64,000 nt of DNA from Marsupella aquatica (Eukaryota; Plantae; Marchantiophyta): contig OZ316895.1 in NCBI GenBank assembly GCA_973895155.1, forward strand, positions 12,407,929 to 12,471,928, in the 5' to 3' direction. Of the stretch, positions 12,889 through 25,477 are shown in pieces; position 1 is the first letter of the stretch, and every line of letters begins with the position of its first letter. The translations under genes and the position numbers were made by a program. A model generated the notes under the pieces. The model made no database searches and was not told the origin of the DNA. It was given only the letters and a program-made list of their open reading frames with translations.

Positions 12889-15800
12889 ACTTGGCTTTGT
12901 TGACATCCGCATCTGTAATATCCACCGTCTTCTTCCCCAATTCAAGCTCGAAGTTATCAAGAATCTCTGGGGAATCCTCGTACTGGATACACAAGACTCG
13001 TCTTCTGCAGTGCTGAGAATCCTCAGGGTCAGGATTCTGCAACAGCCCAAAATACAAAACTACTTTTCAACGGCTGTTAAACCCTAAACCCGGGTTGGCT
13101 GGACTGAACTGCATGCTACCAGGATGCTACTCAGGCAAGAAAATCCTGTAAGTGTTGTCAAAATCACCATTGTCCTGCACTTGGTCGATGGAACCCTAGA
13201 CTCTTTTGCAACAACACAAAGGATTGCACATACTTGAAAACACTCTCATAGTCCTAAAGATCAGAACAATTTCTCAGAGGGTAAAAAAGGAAATGTGACT
13301 AGATAGATGGTGGACCCTATCAGAAAAGGCAAGCAGGCATTTTGGAATTATACAATTATATATATAGTTACAAGTCTCCAAGATTGCAATGCCAATCGTA
13401 CACTGATTCCCTCCTTTTTTGTCCACATTGGACAATAAGCTCTCTCTTTATTGGGGTTTTGGTTCATGTCTACGCTTTGGTGTTTCTGTTCTTTGACACT
13501 TTCCTATATAATTTCTCTCTCTCACATCAATCTTCCCTGTCTCTCTCTATTTACTTATATGGATCTCCTCTCGCGCCAGGCACTCCATCAAGTTTTATAA
13601 CCACTTACAATAAAGCTAATACCATGATAGAAATGAATTAGGTTTGTAATAGGCTATTAAAATAATTTGGTTTCTGTTGATAATAATCAGTTTTGTGTGA
13701 AGAGTAGTCAATTAACGTAGTAGTAGTGTTAGTGCAAAGTGATGAACCATTTTGGGAGACCATAGGAAACTTAATTTCAAACTCAACAGCGCAAAGAAAT
13801 CTACTGTAGGGGGTGAAATGCTTTGGAAAACCTGTTTTCTATTGAAATATGTAGGAAACACATGTTTAGGGACCCATGACAAATCATTTGCCAAAGTCCT
13901 GGCATCTCATTGTGCCAAGTCATAAATTTTTTGGTTTTCTTTTTCTTCCCATTCACTCAATCCCAAAACCATTTGATTTGGCAAATTTTAAACTTAGTAC
14001 GTGGATTCAATGGGCGCTAAGGTATATACTGTGGAGTTGAGATCTTGTTTCTTCTCTTTCCCTCAATCCAAAGCATTTGATTTGGTACGTTATTAACTTA
14101 TTAAGTGGATTCAAAGTGCACTGAGGTATGTAATGTACAGTTGAGTGGCATGATGGGACAGCAGTGATGAAGAGGCGACAACCTCCTACCATAGTGCTGG
14201 GAGACACTGCACCAGAACGAAAACAAGATGCAAGTTTTCATCTTAAATATACATGTCTTATTTATGCACCATTTCTTCTGTGAGATACAACATTTTTTGG
14301 TCATCTAGCATGCTGAATGTTTTCTTTTTTTACTGATAACCAGTTTTCTGGGTCGGGCCTGTTACCCCTGTTTTATTGGGATTTACTTTTCACATGAGTA
14401 AAATATCCCCTTCAAGAAAAAAATAACTTTCTTTCACTATGTCAATACCTAGAGTCCCATAAGATGCAAAAAATCTGACTAAAAGCTACCCTTTCTACGC
14501 CCTGTGTACTGTAAAGTGAAACCTCTAGACCATGCCTGTAATTGTGACCATCACTAGAAATGAGAGTGTGGACAAAAAACCATGGAGTCAGAAAAGTAAT
14601 GAACAGAATATAAACATGGAGGCAAGAGAAGCAACTTTTAGCATAGAATCTTTTTCTGCCGGGTTTGTTTTCTCCTCATCTCTATTTACTTGTTTGGAAC
14701 GGTAATAGGCTAGTATAAATGACTATTACAGTGTTTAATTTGTTTTTAAGTGTACGATTTGTGAACAAAACATTCTGGTACTAAACTGTGCTTGATTGAC
14801 TAATTGACTAGCAAATTTGTTCCGCCAAGGTACAGTACTGTACTAGGCTGGCAGGCTGCCAAGCTTGCCTGGCCGGGTCGCCAGGTACACGGTCATCGTG
14901 AACATCATCAGATACACTGTCTTGTCTCAACTACCTCTCTGTCGCCTCTTGGGTACGGTTTCATAGAGGGAGGGGAAGACAGGAAACACAACTTGAGGTC
15001 TTGGTGGGGCCACTATGGGCGGCGCAGATTGCCTCACTCTCGGATGGATCCCGGACCGTCGATCCTTTAGGACAAACTATTTGCCCCAGTACAGATGTAC
15101 TACCCTACCGGTAGGGTAAAGTGGAACCGGCAAGTGTCCACTACCGGTCCAAGTGGACAAGGCCCAGCTTGTTTTTCCAAGTTTTTCTTTTTCAATTTTT
15201 ATATATCATCAGTGGAGAATGAAGACCGGATAGTTCTCTATGTTTCTCAAAATGCTTGTATGAATTTTTCAACTCAGATGGATGCCATTTAACTCACAAT
15301 CTTACAGGAGTATTCCTAATTAGTGATTTCTGTCTACGGTCCATGGGAGCATAGTTTTCCTCAATTTACACACTATTTTCTTATATGGTTACTCTGGTTA
15401 AGCTGGTAAACTTGTCATCCTTGTATGAAATAGTGACATATTTATAAATACAAAAAATATGACAATATTATCAACTCAAATACCTCTAGGGATAAAGTAA
15501 TTAAATGTTGTTGTTTTTTTAATTTGTGTGTGCCCAATTTATTCCTCTCAAGAAGGTGCTATAAATTTTCCTTCTCTGATTATTTTCTGACCGTTAGATC
15601 TCCCTAGATTTCAAAATATCCTTAGATCTTGGCTAATGTGGTCTGTGGCTAAGTGGAAAACTGGCTAATGGGAAGTAAACCTAGCTAATATTTCCCCAAT
15701 TGAAGAACCTTTTTGGAGAGGTGGAATATAGCAAACTTTTGCCCCTAATTAGGCTGACAAGCGGGCTGACAATGAGCAAGCCTACACTAAATCTGGAAAT

Positions 15801-16814
15801 CACTTGATCCTTTAGGGGTCTCACATATTGGTCAAGGAGATATTTATCTGGCCCAACTATTTTGCTTGTGGCTTGGCCTGCGGATGAGAAAGCTAACTGT
15901 AGAGATGTTTAAGAAAACAAAAATTTTAATACACAGGCACACAATTGCCATAAAAGCCAGGGCAATTGCAACAGGGCAGGGGACTCAAAATGTTCAGATG
16001 CAGGGCATTCAATTGTGAGGGTCTCATGCCTGCACATCCATTTTGAAATGGTGGATACATTGCTCCAAGTAGGAATAAGAAGTTGACAAACAATATAGAA
16101 ATCCGAGCAAAAGGGGGGAGGGTAGCACAAACATGCAAAACAAGCACATAGGGGATTTATGGAGTTAACTCATGTGTATGCCCTGGTTTATGGAATGGGT
16201 CGCAGGTCTGGTGTATCTCAAGGTGACTTCATTCCTCCATGCCCTCTGTTTGCCTTTGCTCCGTTGCAAGATCTTACACCACCTGCAAACCTTCCTTTCC
16301 AGTCACTACAGGTCTGCACATCCAAGGATGCCAACAATCTAAGACACTTGTAGGTGGTGCCCAGCCCCAGGGGGGAAGCGGACAAGGAATGACTGCGTCT
16401 TGACTCTAAACTAGTTAAAAGTTTGTGACAATTTTACAATATCATTTTTGGACAAGGTAGAAAAACAAAGTCATGAATCATTATCAGTCAAAGCTCGGGA
16501 ACTCACTCAAAACCTTTGAACCCATAACGTCCAAAAATGAATAGGTTTTTAAAATAAAATTTGAAGAAAAGTTAATAGTTTATTTGGAGGTCCATTAGGG
16601 AATATCCTGGCTCTTCATAAACATAAAAGTTTTTGGTATACTCCGATCCACCCAACACACCCCTCTTGGCTCAGCTATCTGCCCAAGATGTTTTGAGCTT
16701 GCGGCACCTGCTCGGGATGAGAAATTAATTATACAAATTGAATAGTTTTGATTTAAAATATTTGAGAAAGAAATAAAGAAAAAGTAAACCTAAAGAATTT
16801 TGTCTACTAAAGTG

Positions 16815-17215
16815 GATTTACTCGACATCTTTTATCTACTTGACATCTTTCTTTCCTTGAGATTTGATCTCACTTCTCATCTCGCTTTGACAACTTTCCC
16901 TCACCTCAACATCTTATTGTTTTTCATCTTGTCATCTTTTTCTCACCTTGACATCTTTTCTCTACTCGACTCTCTCTCACCTCGACATCTTATCTTTTCT
17001 CATCTCACCAGCTTTTTCTCACCTTGGCATCTTTATCCCACCACAACATCTTTTTCTCATCTTGTCGACTTTTCTCTCCTCGATGTTTTTTGGTCATCTT
17101 TACATCTTTTCTCATCACGTCGTCTTTTCTCTCCTCAATATCTTTTTCTCACCTTGACATATGTTTCCCTTTATATCTTTTTTTTCCCATCGACATCTTT
17201 ACTCACCTCAACATT
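16815..17215. repeat. Degenerate pyrimidine-rich tandem array (~18-bp unit tctcacctcgacatcttt)
   Basis: Recurrent cacct(c/t)gacatcttt variants; the overlapping F/L/S-rich ORFs are repeat artefacts. Confidence 0.75.
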
Positions 17216-18420
17216 GATATATCACAGTGCCCAAGGGCAAAAATGCCTAACCGGGAGACAAGGTCCCAAAGGGAAAGCAACCCAATAAAGGGGAGGAAAA
17301 GAAGGGAAAGGGCCCAAAGGAAAAACAAGCCAAGGGGCCCCAAAACCCACAAGCCGACAAAAGAGAAACCTATAAAGGAGCCATGAAGGCTAACACCCTA
17401 TTGAGCCCTACTGAGCGGAGAACTGAAAAGCCTGGTAGAGCTCTGAAGTAAACCGCAAAGGAGGGTCCCAAAGCGGAACCTGACGGGAGGCCCTAATTCC
17501 AACTGCCTTAGTCCTACAAAGAAGGGTGAAAGCCTGGGCCCGCTTAAGAGCCACAGACACCCACTGCCGAAAAAATGCGATGAGGACAAAAACAGGGGGA
17601 AAGGCCTCCTCTCAATACAATAAACAACACAGGCCCGCAGGAACTGGTTGAAGGTAGGGTGGAGAGCACCAAAAACCTCAAGGGCAAAGGGGTAAAAAGG
17701 ATCCCCTGGGTAGCAAACTGCATAGGCCTCCTCCTTGAGCCGGGCCGCCTTGGCAACTGCATGGCCAGGGACATGGGCGGAAACCGCAACATGGCTACCC
17801 CTGGTAGGATGGCAATAATCACATCCCCAAGAAGATGAACCCCAGCCCTAGAAAAGACCAGATCTGCCCCCCGCCGGTCAGGAAGACCATCTCGAGGGGG
17901 GAGGACATGTCGTTGCTCCATGGCGACAGGGTAACCAGAGTCCTGGCAATGACAGCCACCACGTCCCGAATGTCATCATGAGTGGCAGTCCTCTCGCTCC
18001 CATGGCCACACCTGAGAATATGAACTCCCAACAAATCCAACGGCACCCCACAAACACACGTGGGTTGGCCAAGAAGGCAAGGGTGAGGAAGTCCCAACCT
18101 AAGGCACAATGAAGTGGTAAAAAGGAAAGAGCTCATAAGAAAGGGGGCCCACAAATGACTAGTAGACAGACACGCTCCAGAACCAGTTCCCGCACAAGAA
18201 AGGAGGCGAGCCCGAACTGAGTCAGAAGGTGCATCCGAGAGCATATTGGAAAGGGTGTGATGGTGCATGTGTCGAAAATCACCTGTTGGACACAGTCTGG
18301 ACTATTTAGAACCACCTCCATGAAGTTTGGAACAATGGCCTGCACAACCTCGGGCAAAAGTGAACGGGCCTGGCAAAGGCAAACTTAGAATGGAAGGACA
18401 CCCTCCTCAACCCCCATGAC
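17216..18420 (-). mobile_element. 5'-truncated non-LTR retrotransposon with restriction-like endonuclease (CRE-like), degenerate
   Basis: RARLLSCAG.GSGA, LRLGLPHP, CCHC finger CVCG...GVHILRC.HG.ERTATHDDIRD, RLE motif GADLV...GDVII; frameshifts. Confidence 0.8.
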
Positions 18421-19794
18421 ATCTTTTGTGTAAGGCATAGGGATCAGGCTAGTGATGTATAAACAGCATCCAATTTACAAAATAAAATTCTTGACCCGAC
18501 AAACCAAACAAGAGTAAAGGAACGGTCAAATGTTATGGCAGGACTCATAGGGTTTTAGGGCCAACTCGCATGTGGAGAGTCCTTCACAGTGCGGCCCTTA
18601 CCTCTTGCGCGACTTCAGGGAAAAGTGTGATCTGCTATACCAACTCTATCCTACCCTCTCCTACCTGTTCTATGCACGATCAAACCCGTGTCCCTGCTGT
18701 GTCTTTATGCGTAGACTGTATACAGGGAAGTTTGCAGGGAATGGAGGCTGCGCCGCTCAACACTTCACCCTGTAAACTGCGCTGCTCAACACTTCATCCT
18801 TCAAAGCGCTGCTTGCTAGACGACAACTTAGCCGAATGTAATACAAAGAAAACATGCGCGTTCCTTCACTGAAGCTGGAGTTTTCGCGTTCCTTCACTGA
18901 AGCTGGAGTTTTCTTTGAATGATCAATTTTGTGAAAAAATGGTGAAGGATCGATTCCGTGAAGAATTGCTCTCGATTGAAGGCTGACTACGTACATTGGC
19001 TTCACTCTGCAAGTCCCGTCTGACAAATCGATCGTGTGGGCTGTTGGATTGATTCCTCTTTGGCATAGAAAGAACGTCGGTTGCTGGATCAATTGTTAGT
19101 ACGCATAGAAAATTACGTCTCTGGCCAGAGAAGCTGTGGGAGGACAATCTCAGTAGTTGCAGCAAAGTCAGCTAATTGTCTGCAACGTTTCTACACTATC
19201 TAGCATGCGAGTTGTCTAGTCACCTTGAACGCCCGCCACTTCCAAGGTATACACCTTTTTTTGTCACTAATCCAGGAGACGTTAACACAGACTCGAGTTC
19301 TATGGATTTCTTATTACAATATACTATTCAGTGTAATCGAGAAACAATTCAGGGTCACTCTTTCCCAGAAGTCGACACTATGCAGGGAATCAGAGCCATT
19401 TCATGGTTTGCCGTAACCAAAGTATAATGAAAAGTAATGTTGCGTGACTACATGTACTCAACTGTATTCCTTGTAGTTGAGTGCACTACTTGTAGTGAAT
19501 GACTTTTATAAATGGCATGGCAATATACTTGACAATATCAAAAACCCTGTACATATTAGTTTGTACGATGATGTATTCAAACATCATCTCACTCATCATA
19601 TGTCCCCCTTTGAAAACTCATTTGCATTTCACCAAAGAGCAATCATTTGCTTTTTTTTGGGCTGTTAATTGTAGGTTGTTGCTTTCATTTAGTTAGTTTG
19701 GAGGTTTTTTTATTAGTTCTCAAATGTTCACTCTATTCCTGTTTGTTTCTTTCTTCCATTCCGCAGGCCTTTCAATTGTGACAATTGAAAAGAA

Positions 19795-21186
19795 ATGGTT
19801 CTTTCAAATGAGGAATTTGAAATTATTTTGGCAACTATCCTTGCGTTCCAACAGGTGGTGTTGCAGCAAATGCGGTTTGCAGCTCTGGTTGGTAACTATT
19901 GTTTGGAATCGGGTTTACTTGACAATAGACTCCTTGCAAACTTCTTTCTACTATTTCAAACCATCCAACATGTATTTTAGAGAGACCATCACATTCTATC
20001 TGTAAATTATATTGAGCCGAGGTCAAGAGAATGGAGCGGTTGGTACCTTATGCATGTCATCGAAGACGATCCCGTTCGCTTCAAGCATTTGTTTCGGGTG
20101 TCACCTACAACATTTATGTACATTTGCGACCTGGTTCGAGAAGATTTGACTACACAGCCCCCGCCTGGTCTTCGCAATTTGACCAACAGGACATTGTCTG
20201 TTGAGCGACAAGTTGCCATCGCATTGCGTAGATTTGCCACTGGTTGTTTGTTGTTGACACTTTTAGAGATGTTTGGAGTTTCAGTTCCATGCATTTCTGA
20301 TGTGATTTGGCGATTTGTTAAGGCATTAATTGTGCGCGGCAGAGGAACACATTTGAGTTGGCCACAAGGGGAGGCCATGGCAAAGGTGAAGGAGGGCTTC
20401 CGCCAATTGCAAGGACTTCCAAATTGCTGTGGTGCAATTGATGCCACTCATTTTCAAGTGGAGTTACCTCTTGGAACAAACTCAACTGATTATCGTGACT
20501 ACAAACATGGCCAAAGCATTTCCATGCAAGCAATTTGTGATAGCCAGCTTCGCTTTTTGGATGTTTTTTCGGGATGGCCTGGCAGCATTCAAGACTCTCG
20601 ACTGTTGAGAGTCTCAACTTTTTACAATGATGTTTTGATACAACGCACTAAACTTTCTGGTCCAATGTACAGGGCTCCGACAGGATTTTCTACAGGGGAG
20701 TATATTATTGGTGATTCCGGTTACCCTGCTTATCCTTGGCTGCTAAACCCATTTCCTGCCGCTAGAGAGCATAGTCGAAAGAGGGAGTTCAACTACATGC
20801 TTAGCTCAAGTAGGATGTGCGTGGAGCGTGCTTTTGGCCAATTGAAAAACAGCTGGAGATTTATTTCCCGCAAAATGTTTCGACCGCATCCTTGCCGACT
20901 ACCACATTACATTACATGCGCATGTCTTCTGCACAATATCCGTATTGATCGTGGAGATGTGTATGATCCAGCATGGGCTATAGATGCAGATCCTCCTTAC
21001 GAACCTGGAGGTCCCCCTGCTGGACCTCAGAATTGTAATAATGGGCGTAGATGTCGTATTGCAATGATGAATCATTTGCTGCCTGAGAGAGAGTGGGAGC
21101 AGGAAGTGAAAGACGACGTGCTGCCCATAGACATAATAGACAGTGATGACTCTTTCATGTTTTCAAAAATGCTAAGGCAAATTTGA
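19795..21186 (+). CDS. Harbinger (HARBI1-like, DDE_Tnp_4) transposase; in-frame TAG at 19978-19980 upstream of an intact 378-aa ORF from 20050
   Basis: FKHLFRVSPTTF, HTH region, catalytic GAIDATH / GDSGYP / RMCVERAFG and CACLLHN motifs all intact. Confidence 0.92.
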
Positions 21187-21317
21187 AATAAAATATAAAA
21201 CCAAATTGTGCATGAAAAATGACACCATTGTTTATTCACCATTGCAAGTTTATATTTGAAGTACTACTCTTGACAAGAATGGAAGTAGTTTCTTCTCTAA
21301 ACTAAGTATGTGCTTCT

Positions 21318-23265
21318 CTAATGTGAAGGCCGTGAAGGATTTGTTAGCTTCTCCACAAGAATGGCAGTCATCCGTTCCATCTGGTCAGCTGTCGTGGTTG
21401 CTGCTGTGGTGATTGCTGTTGCCAAAACAGCTGCTTGCCGCTCTCGGTTTGCACTATCAAGCTTGGCCACAGAAACCATCTCAGAACAACTACCAGCCAT
21501 GGTTTTCAGATGTGCTTGTTTGTCTTTCCCAGACTTGGCAGCTCCTCGCTTCACACTTCTATTGCTAGGGCCAGAGAAGTCTTGAGGGGATGAAGGTCCT
21601 CGCACTCCACCTGTATTCTCTGTATTTTGTTGTGTCCTCTCATGTGTTCCAGGTTCTGAGAAGTGTGTCTGGCTTGATGGTGCAGACCTATCTTCCTCAA
21701 CCCCGACATCATCATCACCTGTATAATACAAGATCTTTTGTAATTAGTAAAGCAAAGAAGATGAGAATTTATGTGACCAAAAACCTTTTGCCTAGCAATC
21801 CACCATAGTACAATGTAAATGAATAAAATAAATCACCACATAGGGAAGAGAAGGTTGCTCACTGCCAGATGACAAGTTGAATGGGTCCTGGTGAGAATTT
21901 CGGTTCATCTGAGAGGTGTCAGATAAAAACTTCGTGGGTGGTGTGATGCGCGGAACATTTGCATACCATCCCAACAACTCTGCATACAGATCAACAGAAA
22001 AATTAGTGGGAAATTGATGTTCACGTCGCTCCTCTCCACTCATGTCAAAGTAAGAAATCTGCCCGGTCTTCTGCTTCTTCTCATAATCATAAATCTTTTT
22101 GAACTTGTTGTCAATGAGCTGCCACTTCTTCTTGCAAGATGTTGGGTCTCGGATAGGTTGGGTAAATCCTTCATCCTCCATAAATTTTGCCACTGCCTTC
22201 CATTTCAACTTGGTACTAGTCATCTTCTGTTGTGTAGAGCCATCCATGACAACATTGAGATGTTCATTTTGCTTGGCAGCAATCAAACATTTCATCTCCT
22301 CATCAGTCCAATCTGGCAACTTATTCTTCACTCGAGGTTCTGGTACACCGTTAGGACCCGTAGCAATGTTGAGGTCCAAGTCAATTAATGGAGCATGTTC
22401 TCGTGAAGGTGGACCTCGGCTTCTAACGTTGCTCTGATTACGGCTCGTCATCTGAACATCACACAGCAGTATGCAAGAGACATTATAATCAATTTCAAAA
22501 ACAAAAATTCAAAACAGCCTCTTAGTGTGAGAATAACACACTCAATTCAGACAAAAATAAGACACATATCTCATTTCAAATGGATACTTAAAGTACATCT
22601 CAGCCTTATTCAAGTCAACAAATGGACAAACCTTAGTAATTTTTTGAGCCACTATAATTATTTTTACCAAAAAGTAAAAACAATTGTCAAGGCTCTAAGC
22701 CAAGAGAATCACTATCTACACATCTTTTTTTTCTAGGCCTCACCAGAACCACATCAGGGCCATGCATTGATGGCCCTGTACTATTAGACACATAAGGTGT
22801 AGTAGAGACCAAAGATTCTACTATGTCAATAGCCATTTTGCCTTTGACTATGTTTTTCTGCCCTACATCTATGCTCTGTCCAACAATCTTAGAAAGATTG
22901 GGAGAGATTGGAACCAAAGGTTCACGTGTTGCTGGCACAATATGTTTTTCACCTGGACTTTCCACAGAAATCATTTTCTGCGAGTGACCTCTTCTTTGCA
23001 ATATCTTCAGAGCCTCAAGCTGCATGTTTTCCAACGTGTTATTGTCTCCATGAATCTTACGAATTTCAGCTTTCAAACTGAGATTCTCCTCTTTCAGTCG
23101 TTCAGTCTCTCTACATAAGGCACTGGAATTAGACATCTCAGCTTGCAATGCTGGCCACAGCTCTTTGCTAAACTTAGACTCGAGGTGTGTGAAGTACTCT
23201 TTTGCATCCTTCAACTGCCCCAAATAATTTTTTGCAAAATCCTTCAAATCACGTTTGCTTGCCAT
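21318..23265 (-). CDS. Harbinger Myb/SANT (trihelix-like) DNA-binding protein with N-terminal coiled coil; predicted exons 23265-22744, 22451-21863, 21718-21318
   Basis: WTDEEMKCLI...KWKAVA...CKKKW...YFDMSGEERRE..FP..F; phase-compatible splice sites CTG|gtgagg ... cag|ATG and A|gtgagc ... cag|GT. Confidence 0.8.
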
Positions 23266-24823
23266 GGTGTTATCCTTGCTCTGAAAGGAATGTAAAAGCT
23301 CAATGAATCACATTTTGGAAGTATGCATCCTAGGCCGAATGACAATTTACACCAACCTCAAGAGAACTGAAGAGTACAATGAATAAGATACAAGTAACTA
23401 ACTCTTGTATACTTACAGGCTCGGTTAGTGTAGAATACAAAGCCTAAATTTCAAAATTGTGAAAGGCGTGGGGTCCCTGGTTGCCGTTCCCACTGCAACG
23501 CAAAAATAAAAAATTGAACTTGAAAATTAGATCCAGTAAAATGCGTGTATACTGTAGATATATCCCTGTCCAATGATGCTGGCGAAAAATATCAAAAATT
23601 GAAAATTAAGTCTGGTCAAATGAGTGTCCACTGTGGATGTATCCCTGTGGGATGATGCTAGCGTAGAGAACAAGGATCCAAGTGGCACAGTGGCTTTCCA
23701 GAACTCCGCCTACAACAGAAAACGCTTCATGGGATGGTGGGTCAGATGTCCTCGAGCACATGGACGTGGGCACTTTTACATGGCCAAAAGTAAACAAGTG
23801 CCAAACATTGGGATAGGATCTGAAAGTGACGAGACCAAATAAAGGGAAGCGAAAAAGAGGAAAAAGTTCACTATTCCAAAGTTGACAAAGACTATTGACA
23901 GGGATATATGTACAGTATATCCTGTCATTCCAATGAAAAACGAATGCACACATAAGGTAAAGTCTTTTGTACTAACTTACACAGGCTATAATGACATGCA
24001 AAAGTACAAGTTAAACACCTACGTATGTACCTACAGGTTCCAATGAAATATGAATGCATACATAAGGTAAAGTCTTTTGTACTAGCTTACACAGGCTATA
24101 ATGACATGCACAAGTACAAGCTAAACACCTACAGTACGTATCTACCTACAGGCTCAGTTAGAATAGAAACAAGAGAAAGAATCTTCCAACAAATAACGGA
24201 GAGAACAAACTAAAAAGCAGCAGAGTGCAGATATAAAGCAACGATCTCCTATGTGACCACATACAAGAATTGCAGTGCCGCCAAATGTGGGTAGCCCACG
24301 GGAAACCTAGATAGCCTACATCAGACGAAAGAAGGAATATTGAGAAGCGATCGTGGCAGTACGTAGTGTATAAGCTCAGGCAGGACTTGAAGTGGGCTAG
24401 TCAAATTGAAGTTAAATAGATTGAAGCTATGATGGTTCAGCTGAACAGCGCTCTACCAAAATAATCCAAAATTTGTGAGACACAACATGATTGGAGATCG
24501 AGCACAAACATACCTCAACTTGGTACGTGACTTGGTTGAATTGAACACTCTCAATTGTTGCTCTATGCTCGGTTGAGCACAGACGTATCTTGGATCCCCT
24601 TGACTTGCTTGCGTTGGACACTATTGATTGCTCAACGCTCATTCTCTGCTTGCCCAAAAACTGTCGATTGTTGCTCAATGCTCGGTTGAGCACAGACGTA
24701 CTTCAATTCCCTTTCACCGGCTTCAGTTGGACACTGCCGATTGCTCAGTGCTCGTGCTCTGGCTGCCCAAATGAAAGGTGTGTTCTTCAAATGTACGTCG
24801 ATTGCTTTCCTATTTAACAAAGT

Positions 24824-24903
24824 GGCCATATGCAGGGCGTGTTGAGTACTCACAGCGGCCATATGCAGGGCGTGTTGAGTACTCACAGCGGCCATATGCA
24901 GGG
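24824..24903. repeat. 33-bp tandem repeat (2.4 copies) in Harbinger subterminal region; 28-bp duplication at ~18857-18912 near the other end
   Basis: ggccatatgcagggcgtgttgagtactcacagc repeated; cgcgttccttcactgaagctggagtttt x2. Confidence 0.85.
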
Positions 24904-25477
24904 CCGAGGCCGTTTGCAGGGGGGATACCAGGAATAAGGAGCAGGTGCATCGTGGGTTCACAGTAAATCCATCGAAGCCGTTGCGCAGCACATGTGTCAT
25001 GTTTGAGGTTTGTTTTATTAGCAAAGTATGGGTCAGGACCTGCTAGGGCCGGAATGTTTCCGGACCTTGCCCTTTGGTGCCCACCAGACCTGCAGTCAGA
25101 CCTGCCGCAGGAGGGGCTCACGGGATTTCACAATCATCAAGTATCATGACGACATGTTGCAATCTAAGGGCCGCACTCTGAAGGACTATCCACATGCGAG
25201 TTGGCCCTTAGGGTTTCACGTTTGTCTTACTTGAGTCATACTCAGCGTTTCCCCAACATCCTTTACACTCACTTACAGGGTTACACCTATCCCGTAGTAA
25301 ACCCTATCTCCGACGCAGCTTTCGCTTCCGGGGAATCCCTCACAGAGCGCAGCTCTGAGGGTTTATAGTAGGAACTCTTGAGCTACCCGACAGAGAAATC
25401 GAAACAGTCTTGAGTTTGTGGCGAGCAGAGGAGATTGGAGAATTGCTATCCGGGGAAGCACTGCGTCTGCTATCGAA

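Larger units (their letters stand above)
10780..13588 (-). pseudogene. UBLCP1: Ubiquitin-like domain-containing CTD phosphatase pseudogene
   Basis: Colinear remnants: EDSPEILDNFELELGKKTVDITDADVNKAK/LQKGIDQFK (~12885-13000 and ~11993-12030), KLVGLDIDYT HAD motif I (~11765-11795), NTIMFD..NFVMNPHN*LVLKPF*KSHLNHATDNELGGLTKYLL (~10855-10985); possible start MECLAREEIHISK* at 13588; stops, frameshifts and an insertion. Confidence 0.85.
18558..25207. mobile_element. PIF/Harbinger DNA transposon, 6650 bp, near-intact
   Basis: 43-bp TIRs 18558-18600 and 25165-25207 (2 mismatches), TTA TSD at 18555-18557 and 25208-25210, convergent DDE transposase and Myb/SANT genes. Confidence 0.95.

Noticed and set aside
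16800-17386. Hydrophobic 162-aa and 120-aa ORFs as membrane proteins
   Set aside because: They are translations of a pyrimidine-rich tandem array and a retroelement 3' end
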